From: Candidatus Babeliales bacterium
GTDB taxonomy: Bacteria > Babelota > Babeliae > Babelales > JANWKD01
Length of the DNA stretch: 64,000 nucleotides
NCBI GenBank assembly: GCA_963701665.1
Contig: OY969622.1
Location: 569,159-633,158 of the forward strand
Direction: 5' to 3'
The stretch's first letter is position 1; each line of letters opens with the position of its first letter. Positions 16,071 through 25,858 of the stretch are shown piece after piece. Under the pieces are notes generated by a model that did no database searches, was not told where the DNA came from, and was given only the letters and a program-made list of their open reading frames with translations. A program made the position numbers and the translations under genes.

Positions 16071-17465
16071 ATGAAAAAAAAATTAGTGACAAGTTATATT
16101 GCTGGAGTTTTTGATCAAGCCCATGGTGAAAGTTATTGGAATATTTTAACCTATTTTGTTCCCGAGTTCATTTCTTCATTAGTCCTTTTATTATTGTTGA
16201 TAGATGCACAATGGGTATCCATGCTCAAATCAACGTCTATGTATGCCACCGTAGGTACCACTAATACGCTGTTGCATGTAATTACCAAATTAGCAGAAGG
16301 TTTTTGCGTTGGTACTATTATTATGACGGGTCATTTTAATGGTCTTGAAGATTATAAGCAAGCAGGTAGAACACTCGTTGATGCCTTCTGGGTTACCTTT
16401 ATATGTGGAGCCCTCGTTGCGGGATTTCTTTTTTTTGGTGCTTATTGGATTTTTTATTATTATGGTGTACCAACAAAAATGATTGCCTTAGGAGTGCCAT
16501 ATTTACGTCTCAAAGCGCTCAGTATTTTTTTCATGTTTATATATTTTGGTGTGATCGGTTTTTTACGAGGCATCAAAAAGCCTCGCGTGCTCATGCAGAT
16601 TTTCATGCTTGGTGCTGCTCTTTATTTGTTTTTTGATTATGTGTTGATTTTTGGCAAATTAGGCTTTCCCGAAATGCAATTACAAGGATCGGCAATTGCT
16701 TCGGTGATTCAATATGCTGTTATGCTTCTTGCATCATTTCTCTTTATCTTTTTTGATCGAGAAAATCGCAAATATGGCATTGCACTTTTTTCACCGTTGC
16801 AAGATTTGGGCCGTATTAAAGAACTATTCATCCTCATGCTGCCTGTAATGATTGATAAAGCAACGTTAGCGGCAGCCTATATGTGGCTTGGTTACATGAT
16901 CAATCCAATGGGTATTAGCGCGATTGCAAGTTTGACGGCAATCAAAGACCTCGAACGGTTTGCTATTTTGCCGGCAGCTGCTTTTGCGAATGTAATCACT
17001 TTTTTGGTAAGCAATGCCTACGGACGTCATGATTGGGATGGCATAAAATGCAATATTAAAAAAACGGTGTTCCTTTCTGCGCTCTTTGTCTTTTCAATTT
17101 TGCTTATCTTTTCCTTATGGCCATCCTACTTTATTGGCATATTCGATTCAAAAAATAAATTTACCGCATTTTCGGCACGTATTTTCCCGATGCTGAGTGT
17201 ACTTGTGTTTTTTGATTTGTTACAATTGATTTTATCTGGAGCCTTACGAGGCGCTGCAAATGTCAATGCCGTTATGTGGGTGCGATTGGCAGTCTGTGTA
17301 TTTTATTTTATGCCTGTATCATGGATTATAGCGCATATGCCTCTTGAACGTTTGACCCTTAAATTTCTATTAGTCTACAGTTCCTTCTACATCGGCAGCG
17401 CTTTAATGAGTGTTATTTATGTTTATAGATTTCGTGGCGAGCGTTGGCAAAAAAAGAGTATTTAA
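16071..17465 (+). CDS. MATE-family efflux transporter
   Basis: 464 aa with about 12 hydrophobic helices in two repeated halves. The overall length and the LRGAANVNAVMW-type loop fit the MATE (NorM/DinF) architecture. Confidence 0.7.
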   Translation: MKKKLVTSYIAGVFDQAHGESYWNILTYFVPEFISSLVLLLLLIDAQWVSMLKSTSMYATVGTTNTLLHVITKLAEGFCVGTIIMTGHFNGLEDYKQAGRTLVDAFWVTFICGALVAGFLFFGAYWIFYYYGVPTKMIALGVPYLRLKALSIFFMFIYFGVIGFLRGIKKPRVLMQIFMLGAALYLFFDYVLIFGKLGFPEMQLQGSAIASVIQYAVMLLASFLFIFFDRENRKYGIALFSPLQDLGRIKELFILMLPVMIDKATLAAAYMWLGYMINPMGISAIASLTAIKDLERFAILPAAAFANVITFLVSNAYGRHDWDGIKCNIKKTVFLSALFVFSILLIFSLWPSYFIGIFDSKNKFTAFSARIFPMLSVLVFFDLLQLILSGALRGAANVNAVMWVRLAVCVFYFMPVSWIIAHMPLERLTLKFLLVYSSFYIGSALMSVIYVYRFRGERWQKKSI

Positions 17466-17483
17466 CATTTGATGAGGATAGTC

Positions 17484-17774
17484 ATGCAAACCATTTCTAA
17501 AGAAGAACTTCTGCATCTTGCTCGTTTATCGCGATTAGAGTTAGATGAGCATGAAATTACGTCATTAATAAAACAAATTGAATCAGTGTTGCAGTATGCA
17601 AAACGCGTGCAAGAAATTGCTCATGGTGATAGCCTTCCGCTTGAGCTGAAAAAAAATAGTAATGTCATGCGTGAAGATGTAGTCATACCTACCAATTCTG
17701 CCACTATTTTAGGACAAGCTCCTGAATGTGAGCAAAACTACTTTGTTGTCCCGGTCATCTTAGAAAATAATTAG
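17484..17774 (+). CDS. gatC: Asp/Glu-tRNA(Asn/Gln) amidotransferase subunit C
   Basis: ISKEELLHLARLSRLELDEHEITSLIKQIESVLQYA is the typical GatC N-terminus. The ATG at 17484 is preceded by GAGGA, and gatA lies directly downstream. Confidence 0.85.
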   Translation: MQTISKEELLHLARLSRLELDEHEITSLIKQIESVLQYAKRVQEIAHGDSLPLELKKNSNVMREDVVIPTNSATILGQAPECEQNYFVVPVILENN

Positions 17775-17788
17775 GAAATTTAGCTGCT

Positions 17789-19234
17789 ATGAATACGCTT
17801 GCTTTTGCTACTATACAACAATTGCGTGATCAACTTGCGACCAAACAACTATCGCACGGTGAGATGCTTGATTTTTTTCTAGAAAGATTTGCCCGTTATG
17901 ATAAAAAATTAGGTTCCGCGCTTGAAATTTTTTCACGCGAGTCAATTCTTGCCGATTATGTTCCCCATGGCATCTTACAAGGGATCCCTGGTCTTATTAA
18001 AGATAATATTTGTCAGCAACAACGTATTACCTCCTGTGCTTCTAAAATGCTTGAGAATTTCAAATCGACGTACGATGCAACGGCAATTGAGCGTTTAAAG
18101 ATAGAAGGTGCTTTGTGCATTGGCCGTGCAAATATGGATGAGTTTGCCATGGGCAGCTCAACAGAAACATCTGCTTTTCAAAAAACAGTAAACCCGTGGA
18201 ATAGCGCGTGCGTTCCTGGCGGTTCGAGTGGCGGTTCAATTGCTGCTGTTGCCGCGGGACTCATTCCGTGGGCGCTCGGTTCTGAAACGGGTGGGTCGGT
18301 ACGCCAGCCGGCGGCATTTTGCGGGATTGTCGGTTTAAAACCGACGTACGGTCTTATTTCACGGTACGGATTAGTTGCGTACGCATCATCATTTGATCAA
18401 ATTGGCATTGCAACGCGCACGGCATATGATAATGCACTCGTTTTGAGTGCTATTGCGGGTGTTGATCCTAAAGATTCAACCACGATCATGGTGGAGAAAA
18501 AAGATTATACCCAAGCACTGAAAGGTGGTATGCCCGAGGGTTTGAGAGTGGGGGTTATTGATAATGCCCTCAATGCTGAAGGCGTTGATGCGCAAGTTCA
18601 TAAAGCTATTTCTACTGCGATCACCTATTTTGAAAAAAAGGGTGCTTCTGTTCAAAAAGTTTCAATTCCCAGCATGGATTATGGTGCTGCTATTTATTTT
18701 ATTTTAAGTCGCGCGGAAGCTGCATCAAATTTAGCGCGGTTTGATGGCGTACGTTATGGATTGCGCGATAAAAAAGCGCACACATTACTTCAACTTTACG
18801 AAAAATCACGAAAAGCTGGTTTTGGTAAGGAAGTGAAAGCGCGTATTATGATTGGCAATTATGTGCTTTCAGTAGGACACGCTGCAGAATTCTATACCAA
18901 TGCAAAAATTGCACAACATCGCATGCGCCAAGAATTTGAAGAAATTTTCAGGCACGTCGATATTCTCGTTTGCCCAACCACGCCGACAACGGCATTCAAA
19001 TTTGGTGCCTTCGATGACAATAAATTACAAATGGATTTACAAGACTACTTTACATGTTCTATGAATATTACTGGTATTCCTGCATTGTCCATTCCTTGTG
19101 GTTTTTCAACGGATAACATGCCAATTGGTTTCCAGCTTGTTGGCCCGCATTTAAGTGAAGAAATGTTGTTACGTGTTGCACATGCCTATGAAATGGACCA
19201 TGAATGGCATTTGCAGCATCCTAAAGGTTTTTAA
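17789..19234 (+). CDS. gatA: Asp/Glu-tRNA(Asn/Gln) amidotransferase subunit A
   Basis: 481 aa with the amidase signature GGSSGGSIAAVAAG...GSETGGSVRQPAAFCGIVGLKPTYG. Confidence 0.95.
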   Translation: MNTLAFATIQQLRDQLATKQLSHGEMLDFFLERFARYDKKLGSALEIFSRESILADYVPHGILQGIPGLIKDNICQQQRITSCASKMLENFKSTYDATAIERLKIEGALCIGRANMDEFAMGSSTETSAFQKTVNPWNSACVPGGSSGGSIAAVAAGLIPWALGSETGGSVRQPAAFCGIVGLKPTYGLISRYGLVAYASSFDQIGIATRTAYDNALVLSAIAGVDPKDSTTIMVEKKDYTQALKGGMPEGLRVGVIDNALNAEGVDAQVHKAISTAITYFEKKGASVQKVSIPSMDYGAAIYFILSRAEAASNLARFDGVRYGLRDKKAHTLLQLYEKSRKAGFGKEVKARIMIGNYVLSVGHAAEFYTNAKIAQHRMRQEFEEIFRHVDILVCPTTPTTAFKFGAFDDNKLQMDLQDYFTCSMNITGIPALSIPCGFSTDNMPIGFQLVGPHLSEEMLLRVAHAYEMDHEWHLQHPKGF

Positions 19235-19252
19235 AAAAGATTGAGGTGAAAT

Positions 19253-19918
19253 ATGATTGCTTTTTCTTTTTTGTGTCTTGTTCTTTTTGTGAATGTGGTG
19301 AGTATTTGTCATTCTATGGATAGCATTCAAAAAAGAGTTAGTACTTGGTGTTACAAAGGCCCCGAATTTACCATTGAGGTAAAAACAATGGGGAAAGTGC
19401 ATAGTTTAACAAGGCAAGATGAAAACAAGATTTTACGTTGGCTAAAAGAGAAAAATATTGATGAGGAACAAGAAGAATTTATAAGAGCGAGTCTCTTCGT
19501 TTTTATAAATGCACAAATTCAGGAAAAACCTGAAGTTATAGATGCTATTGATCGACGGCATAACAATTATCTATTTCGCTTATTTAATATTCGTAAAAAT
19601 GATGTGATATATAAGGCTACGATACATCATTGTGCACAGGTTGCTTCGTGGTTAAAGCGCCGTGGCATGCAAAAACATTGTGGTGAAAAAGAACGTATAA
19701 AAATTGTAAATCATGGCCCATACATTTCTTTACGCGCAAAAAACATAGGACGTTATAAAGAAGTTGTACCTAACAATACGTATAGACAAGCACTTTTAGA
19801 AAGAAATAAATTTATTGCTTTGCTCAGTACGACTGTGGCAGGTGAAGATATTACGAGTGAAGCATTATCACAAGCGACGCTTCAATTTCATTTTGAACGC
19901 CATATCAAAAATAATTAA
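19253..19918 (+). CDS. Hypothetical protein (signal-like N-terminus)
   Basis: 221-aa ORF starting 18 nt after gatA. The N-terminus is MIAFSFLCLVLFVNVVSICHS. No motif recognised. Confidence 0.5.
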   Translation: MIAFSFLCLVLFVNVVSICHSMDSIQKRVSTWCYKGPEFTIEVKTMGKVHSLTRQDENKILRWLKEKNIDEEQEEFIRASLFVFINAQIQEKPEVIDAIDRRHNNYLFRLFNIRKNDVIYKATIHHCAQVASWLKRRGMQKHCGEKERIKIVNHGPYISLRAKNIGRYKEVVPNNTYRQALLERNKFIALLSTTVAGEDITSEALSQATLQFHFERHIKNN

Positions 19919-20008
19919 CAGTTTGTTAATTTATCAAAAATCGTTGCCTCAAACTTTTCTATAATTATATACTGAGTGTCTAGGGGATAGACACGTTACC
20001 TTTCATTC

Positions 20009-20875
20009 ATGAAAGGTGGGTATATGATTTGGGGACGATATTTACTCATTTTTTTTGTGATAATGATGCCATTCTGTGGTTATGCATATCGAAATTGCCA
20101 CAAAAAACATTATGTACATGCGCATTGCAAAAGATTTAAGCAGAAACAAAAGAAGAAAAGGCTGCCATATAGAATTGTGAATGGCATCGGTACGCTTGTG
20201 CAGGAAGCAATTTTATTGAATAGAAATTTGTTTAGTATTGATACGGTAAAGGTATTTACTGCTTTTACACCGCTCTACATTACAACACGTATGGCAGATG
20301 AATCGCTCCATGGGAAGTTTTATGATGCTGAGCATCATAAAAATAAATATCAAATGCCGCATACGTTTATTAAAGTTATTAATAATTTTGGTGATGTTGG
20401 TATCATTACCTTGACGAGTCTAGCATTTTTCGCATCAGATGAGCAATTACGGTTAACCGCGCGCATATTTGGTATTGGTGCAGTATCAGCACTCGCTGCA
20501 AAAGATATTGTAAAAAAAATGCGCGTGAAAGCTTGTATTAGGCCTTATAGCGAAAAATTTGAACCCACGCCAGCGTATGGAGGTTTTCCTTCGGGACATA
20601 TGATCGAAGTAGCCTACATGGCAACATTATGGGGACTACAATACGGCTTAAAAGCAGGAATACCATTGGGGATTTTGGCAGCATTGTCATTTGGCGTTCT
20701 TGTTGGTAGTAATCGCCATTTTATTTCTCAGGTTGTTGCTGGTACTGGGTTTGGTGTTATCTATGCATTAGCTGCTAATACGCTCATTAATACAAAAATT
20801 GCTGAAACAATAACGTTTGGTTGTACCCTTAATAATAACGCTCTTCCGACATTTTCTCTTGCGTACAATTTTTAA
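20009..20875 (+). CDS. PAP2-superfamily-like membrane protein (degenerate motifs)
   Basis: PSGH (motif C2) is present, followed by ...SNRHFISQVVAG, which aligns to the H..(S)D..AG C3 motif with Q in place of D. An upstream K...IRP is also present. The protein has multiple TM segments. Confidence 0.45.
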   Translation: MKGGYMIWGRYLLIFFVIMMPFCGYAYRNCHKKHYVHAHCKRFKQKQKKKRLPYRIVNGIGTLVQEAILLNRNLFSIDTVKVFTAFTPLYITTRMADESLHGKFYDAEHHKNKYQMPHTFIKVINNFGDVGIITLTSLAFFASDEQLRLTARIFGIGAVSALAAKDIVKKMRVKACIRPYSEKFEPTPAYGGFPSGHMIEVAYMATLWGLQYGLKAGIPLGILAALSFGVLVGSNRHFISQVVAGTGFGVIYALAANTLINTKIAETITFGCTLNNNALPTFSLAYNF

Positions 20876-21349
20876 TTACAGCCTACTTCCCAGAAAAATG
20901 AGTAACTTAATAACTGTTTTAAGCACAAATGCTTTGACTATGATCTCAACTGAATCAAGAAAAAAGCTTGTATGTTTTGGTGCATTAATAATATTGCTTG
21001 GAATATAGGTAAGGATAGTTTCCTTCAATCCTCCCTTGTTAAGTGGCATATTTTCTGTGCCATAAATTTCTCCGTGCTTTTCATAAATTTTATACGAGCA
21101 ATAAGTAAACATCCCCAAATTTAATCCATAACTTGAAAGAAATTTACTCATTTTTCTAAATCGTTTTTTTAATGTCGTAGTTGTGGGCTTTTCATATTCA
21201 CGTTCAGAAAGAAAATGTTGTAAATAGGGCTTTTCAAAATAAAGTTGAGCGGCATGCTGCTCGATACTTTTTTCTGGGCAAGATGCAGGGAAAAGAGTAA
21301 AAGGGATGATTAATATAATCACCCCTTGCACAAACTGTGTTATGTTCAT
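20876..21349 (-). CDS. Hypothetical secreted/membrane protein
   Basis: 157-aa ORF. Its start overlaps the upstream stop by 4 nt (ATGA at 21346-21349), so it is the last gene of a three-gene minus-strand unit. Confidence 0.45.
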   Translation of the reverse strand: MNITQFVQGVIILIIPFTLFPASCPEKSIEQHAAQLYFEKPYLQHFLSEREYEKPTTTTLKKRFRKMSKFLSSYGLNLGMFTYCSYKIYEKHGEIYGTENMPLNKGGLKETILTYIPSNIINAPKHTSFFLDSVEIIVKAFVLKTVIKLLIFLGSRL

Positions 21350-22266
21350 TCAGCCATCATAGATGTGGAGCCGGAGTCGGTTTCTTGAATTCCTTCAGCC
21401 TGTATGCGACTTAAACGGGGTACAAATTTATCATGAATAATCTCGGTGCTATAATCATTAATCCACGCGTGCAGAACATCTTTGAAAAAAACGAGTCGTT
21501 TGATTTTTACTTTTGCTGTCGCGATTTCTTTTTCGTAGCCTGGGAAGAGATATGATAATTTTGTGTAGGAAAGCCACTCATGCAATTGCAAAAATTTATT
21601 TAACTTATTTAATTCGCGATCAACGGCATTATTGAATTTTACCATAGGCGTCATCATATCAGTGTTATTCGCAGGAAGATAAGTTGATTTTATGGTATTG
21701 AAAAGTTCTTCAGCTACTTCCTGATGGGGAACTTCTATCATTACTTCTAAAGGTATATGTTCTTTCCACGTTGACCATGTATTTCTTTTGAGTGCGTAGT
21801 GAGATAAATTATACATTTTAATTTGATAAACAGCATAGACTGCCAGTAGGGCTCCGATAGTTATAGTGACGGGATTAATCGTGGAAAAAGTATTTTTAAT
21901 AAATGTCGAAATATTACTAAATGAAGGGGCGTTCGAACGGTATGATGGTGTTGCTTCTTGTTGAGGTGTTACAAAATATACAGGCGATTGAACATTGCCA
22001 TCTTGTGTAGGTAGTTCAAAGTTTGTTGCTGGTTGTTGCAATGTATGTAAGGGTATTGCCAAATATGTGGGGGGTTGCTTGCCAGTGCGATGTGGTTGCT
22101 GGTAGTGGCCACGTGATTGTTCGATGCCATTAGAGCTCTTGCTATAACTTGAACTTTTAGTTGAGATATGAACGGTGAAATTTTTGCCCGGTTGAATTTT
22201 TTCATCTTCGGCGATCAAGCTGTTGAAGGCAAGAAGTGAACATAAGAGTGTATGCTTCATGTACAT
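21346..22266 (-). CDS. Hypothetical protein with a signal peptide and one internal TM segment
   Basis: 306 aa. The N-terminus is MKHTLLCSLLAFNSLIA, followed by a Q/P-rich region, and the TM is VTITIGALLAVYAVYQI. Confidence 0.5.
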   Translation of the reverse strand: MYMKHTLLCSLLAFNSLIAEDEKIQPGKNFTVHISTKSSSYSKSSNGIEQSRGHYQQPHRTGKQPPTYLAIPLHTLQQPATNFELPTQDGNVQSPVYFVTPQQEATPSYRSNAPSFSNISTFIKNTFSTINPVTITIGALLAVYAVYQIKMYNLSHYALKRNTWSTWKEHIPLEVMIEVPHQEVAEELFNTIKSTYLPANNTDMMTPMVKFNNAVDRELNKLNKFLQLHEWLSYTKLSYLFPGYEKEIATAKVKIKRLVFFKDVLHAWINDYSTEIIHDKFVPRLSRIQAEGIQETDSGSTSMMAE

Positions 22267-22284
22267 CCTTTTTTTAAATGGTAC

Positions 22285-22899
22285 TTAAGAAAATTTTTCT
22301 TCGATATATTTTTTATATTCTTGTTCTTCCTTTTCAAGTGCATTGCGAGCGTTTTTGTGACAATCAAAGCTAACCATAATGCCATAGGCGAGTGGAAGGG
22401 GTAAAAAAACTAAATCAAAAATGGCATCTTTAACAGCATTTTTATAATAATCAGCATCCCCATTTTCTTTGATCAAGAGAAGCTTATTAAATTGTTCTTT
22501 AATGCTTTGGGGCCAACGTTGTTGTTCAGATTCACTAAGATGAACAAGTAAATCATGCCATTCTTGTTCGGTGAATAATGAAAGGAACTCTTCATATTCA
22601 GTTCGATTTAAGTTTTTTATAAAAGTGCTACGATGTTGTTTTGATAATTTTTGTAATAATTTTTTTCTTTTTTTATTAGTTGTTGCTTGCAAACAGTCTT
22701 TGAGTGCCGTGCCACTTTTGCATTCGGCGCAGCGCATTTTTTTAGGCGGTGGAGGAAAGATCACACTGCTATTTGCTTCTTGTTTATTTTCAACAATGAG
22801 ATTGATGATCGTGTTGTCAGATTCATTTGGTGCTTTTTGTTCACCGTGCACACGCATGCCCGTACTTATTAAAAGAATACAGAGCCATTTTTTTTGCAT
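22285..22899 (-). CDS. Hypothetical secreted protein with a basic KKRKK patch
   Basis: The start was chosen at MQKKWLCILLISTG (ATG 22899, preceded by a GAAGGGGA RBS). The sequence contains PPPPKK and NKKRKKLLQK. Confidence 0.5.
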   Translation of the reverse strand: MQKKWLCILLISTGMRVHGEQKAPNESDNTIINLIVENKQEANSSVIFPPPPKKMRCAECKSGTALKDCLQATTNKKRKKLLQKLSKQHRSTFIKNLNRTEYEEFLSLFTEQEWHDLLVHLSESEQQRWPQSIKEQFNKLLLIKENGDADYYKNAVKDAIFDLVFLPLPLAYGIMVSFDCHKNARNALEKEEQEYKKYIEEKFS

Positions 22900-23104
22900 A
22901 ATTCCCCTTCTTGTCCCTAGCGTCACCTATTTTTACTCGGTTATAGCCAAAATAGTGGCTAAAATACAATATTTGGCCAAATATTGGTGAATAATGGATG
23001 GTTATTGTCGCTTTCATTTATTTATGGTAAAATAAAGATATTTCATAAATAAAATTTAATCTTATTTGAATAAGTAAATATGAATAAAAAAGAGGATTAG
23101 CCGC

Positions 23105-25684
23105 ATGAAAAACCAGGCAAAAGACAAAAAATTTACTAGCTGGATTTCCATTATGGGGGCGAGGGAACACAATTTAAAAAATATTGATGTTACCATCCCC
23201 AAAGGCGCGTTTACTGTTATAACAGGCCCCTCGGGTTCTGGTAAGAGTACCCTCGCTTTGGACATATTATATACCGAGGGAAAGCGGCGCTATATGGAAT
23301 CGCTTTCTTCCTACGCGCGTCAATTTCTTGGTATTGCCAAAAAACCTGATTTTGACCGAATTGAAGGATTGTGCCCCTCGATAGCCATAGAGCAAAGAAC
23401 TGTGGGCAACAACCCTAGGTCCACTGTAGGAACGATCACTGAGATCTATGATTATTTGCGTGTGCTTTTTGCACGTATTGGGCGAGCGCATTGTCCTAAA
23501 TGTTTGCTTCCTATTCAAGCTGAGTCGCCAGAAAATATAACCGAGATGGTGCTTAAAAAATTTAATGAAAAAACCATCACCATAGCGGCACCCGTTGTTA
23601 TTGAGAAAAAAGGTGAATTTCATAACCAGCTAGAACAGCTTTTTGGCCAGGGGTATTATCGGTTTGTCATCGATGAAAAAAAATACAAATTTCAAAACGT
23701 CGATGAAATAAAACGGTTAAAGCTTGGAAAAACCTATAAACACTCCATAGACGTGCTTTTAGACATCATTGATGTATTGCCCGCAGAACGTTCACGATTA
23801 CAAGAAGGGGTCGAGCGTGCATTTTCATTAGCACAAGGGTTTTGCAAGCTTATCGTTGGTAATCAAAAACATATGTATTCTTCTAGCCGCATTTGCTTAA
23901 AATGTGCCACCTCATTTCCTGAGCTTGAACCACGTCTATTTTCATTCAATTCACCATTCGGGGCATGTAATCAATGTCATGGCTTAGGGGTAATGCATGT
24001 CATACCTTGGATGAAAGAAACGCCACACGAGTGGAAAGAAGGATACGAGCATTTTTACTCAATGTATGGGAATCCGCTTTGTAAGCAATGCAGAGGTAAA
24101 AGACTCAATACTCATGCCTTATCAGTTACAATCCAAGATAAAACAATTTATGATATTGCAGATCTTTCGGTAAAACATGCGCTTGAATTTTTTAACAAAC
24201 TTACCATAACAGACACTGAAAAATTAATTGCGCAAGCATTGTTAAAAGAAATTATTACGCGTCTTACCTTCCTACAAAATGTAGGTCTTTCCTATCTTTC
24301 CCTGATGCGCACCGCGCGTACCTTATCGGGCGGCGAAGGTCAGCGTATCAGATTAGCAACACAAATTGGATCAGCATTAACGGGCGTTCTCTATATTCTT
24401 GATGAACCAAGTATTGGCTTGCATCAACGAGATAACGATCGTTTGCTCGATACCCTCAAAAAGTTGCGCGATCAAGGTAACACTGTCGTTGTTGTTGAAC
24501 ACGATCTTGATACTATTTCCCAAGCAGATTATCTCATTGATATGGGCCCTGCAGCAGGAATTTTAGGTGGCCAAGTGACGGCTGTGGGTAATCCTAAAGA
24601 GCTTGCACGAAATCCAGCTTCGCTTACGGGAGCATTTTTAGCCGGTAAGCGTACCATTGCAATGCCTGATCATATTCGAAAAGCGCAAGGCTATTTAACG
24701 TTGCAGCATGCGCAAAAAAATAATTTAAAAGATTTGAACGTGAAATTTCCTCTTGGGGTAATGTGTTGTGTGTCAGGCGTATCGGGATCAGGTAAAAGTA
24801 CCCTCGTTCTTGATGAATTAGTGCCTGCCATTGAACGCGCGCTTGCAAGTCGAGGGAAATCTAAAACGATCATGCAAACAGATGACAATTTGACCGGTGC
24901 TGATGCACTCGAGTCATTAGTGGTGATCGATCAATCGCCGATCGGTAAAACGCCGCGCTCAAATCCAGCAACCTATTTAGGTATTTTTGATGAAATTCGC
25001 GCGCTTTTTGCATCATTGCCTGAAAGTAACGCGCGCGGTTATAAAGTAGGTCGTTTCAGCTTTAACGTGGAAGAAGGGCGTTGCTTTGAATGCCGTGGAG
25101 AAGGTACACTCACCGTTGCAATGCAATTTTTAGCAGATGTCATCATAACGTGTAAAGTCTGTAGCGGGAAACGCTATAATAAAGAAACGTTAGATATTCA
25201 GTATAAGCAAAAAACAATCGCTGATGTGTTAGCATTATCTGCACGTGAGGCAGTCAACTTTTTTGCATCACATAAATCAATCGCAAAGCGATTACAGCTT
25301 CTGTGTGATGTTGGCCTTGATTATTTAACCTTGGGCCAACCTTCAACAACACTCTCAGGTGGTGAAGCACAGCGCATTAAATTAGTTAATGAGCTTGCAA
25401 AGCGTGGCAGCAAAACGCTCTATATTCTTGATGAACCTACAACAGGATTACATTCAAGTGATATCGATAAGCTGATTCAAGTACTCAATAATCTCATTAA
25501 TAAAGGTAACTCAATGGTGATCATTGAACATAACCTTGATGTGCTCAAAATTGCCGACCATATTATCGATTTAGGCCCTGAAGGTGGTGATGAAGGTGGT
25601 ACAATTGTTGCGCAAGGTACGCCACAAGAAATAGCACGATCAGCTAAAAGTCACACCGGTAAATATTTGAAGAAGCTACTTTAG
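23105..25684 (+). CDS. uvrA: Excinuclease ABC subunit A, short form lacking most of the insertion domain
   Basis: There are two ABC modules (GPSGSGKSTLALD and GVSGSGKSTLV, with signatures LSGGEGQR and LSGGEAQR). All four Zn-module CxxC pairs are present. The product is 859 aa against my recollection of ~940. Confidence 0.95.
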   Translation: MKNQAKDKKFTSWISIMGAREHNLKNIDVTIPKGAFTVITGPSGSGKSTLALDILYTEGKRRYMESLSSYARQFLGIAKKPDFDRIEGLCPSIAIEQRTVGNNPRSTVGTITEIYDYLRVLFARIGRAHCPKCLLPIQAESPENITEMVLKKFNEKTITIAAPVVIEKKGEFHNQLEQLFGQGYYRFVIDEKKYKFQNVDEIKRLKLGKTYKHSIDVLLDIIDVLPAERSRLQEGVERAFSLAQGFCKLIVGNQKHMYSSSRICLKCATSFPELEPRLFSFNSPFGACNQCHGLGVMHVIPWMKETPHEWKEGYEHFYSMYGNPLCKQCRGKRLNTHALSVTIQDKTIYDIADLSVKHALEFFNKLTITDTEKLIAQALLKEIITRLTFLQNVGLSYLSLMRTARTLSGGEGQRIRLATQIGSALTGVLYILDEPSIGLHQRDNDRLLDTLKKLRDQGNTVVVVEHDLDTISQADYLIDMGPAAGILGGQVTAVGNPKELARNPASLTGAFLAGKRTIAMPDHIRKAQGYLTLQHAQKNNLKDLNVKFPLGVMCCVSGVSGSGKSTLVLDELVPAIERALASRGKSKTIMQTDDNLTGADALESLVVIDQSPIGKTPRSNPATYLGIFDEIRALFASLPESNARGYKVGRFSFNVEEGRCFECRGEGTLTVAMQFLADVIITCKVCSGKRYNKETLDIQYKQKTIADVLALSAREAVNFFASHKSIAKRLQLLCDVGLDYLTLGQPSTTLSGGEAQRIKLVNELAKRGSKTLYILDEPTTGLHSSDIDKLIQVLNNLINKGNSMVIIEHNLDVLKIADHIIDLGPEGGDEGGTIVAQGTPQEIARSAKSHTGKYLKKLL

Positions 25685-25723
25685 CTTGAACTCGATTTGA
25701 CTGTGCCGCAGGTAATGCATATT

Positions 25724-25852
25724 GGAAAACAGAATCGTCATTGCGAGCGAATGCGTGGCAATCCAATTATAAAATTAGTTCATTAAAGGAATTAATTAAA
25801 GTTTGGATCCCCACGGCTAAAGCCTCGGGATGACATTCTTGTGTTTATCAAG
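25724..25852. repeat. Structured palindromic intergenic repeat, copy 1 (MITE/REP-like)
   Basis: About 90% identical to 32397-32527. The left arm TCGTCATTGCGAGCGAATGCGTGGCAATCCAA pairs imperfectly with the right arm TTGGATCCCCACGGCTAAAGCCTCGGGATGACA around an AT-rich centre. The element starts 40 nt after the uvrA stop. Confidence 0.85.
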
Positions 25853-25858
25853 TTCACG

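Noticed and set aside
17484-19234. gatC-gatA with no adjacent gatB.
   Set aside because: gatB is encoded separately in many bacteria, so its absence from this window is not evidence of loss.
22571-22990. 139-aa plus-strand ORF, and a 61-aa ORF at 22687-22872.
   Set aside because: They are antisense to the 22285-22899 gene, which has a good RBS and signal peptide and belongs to a three-gene minus-strand unit.
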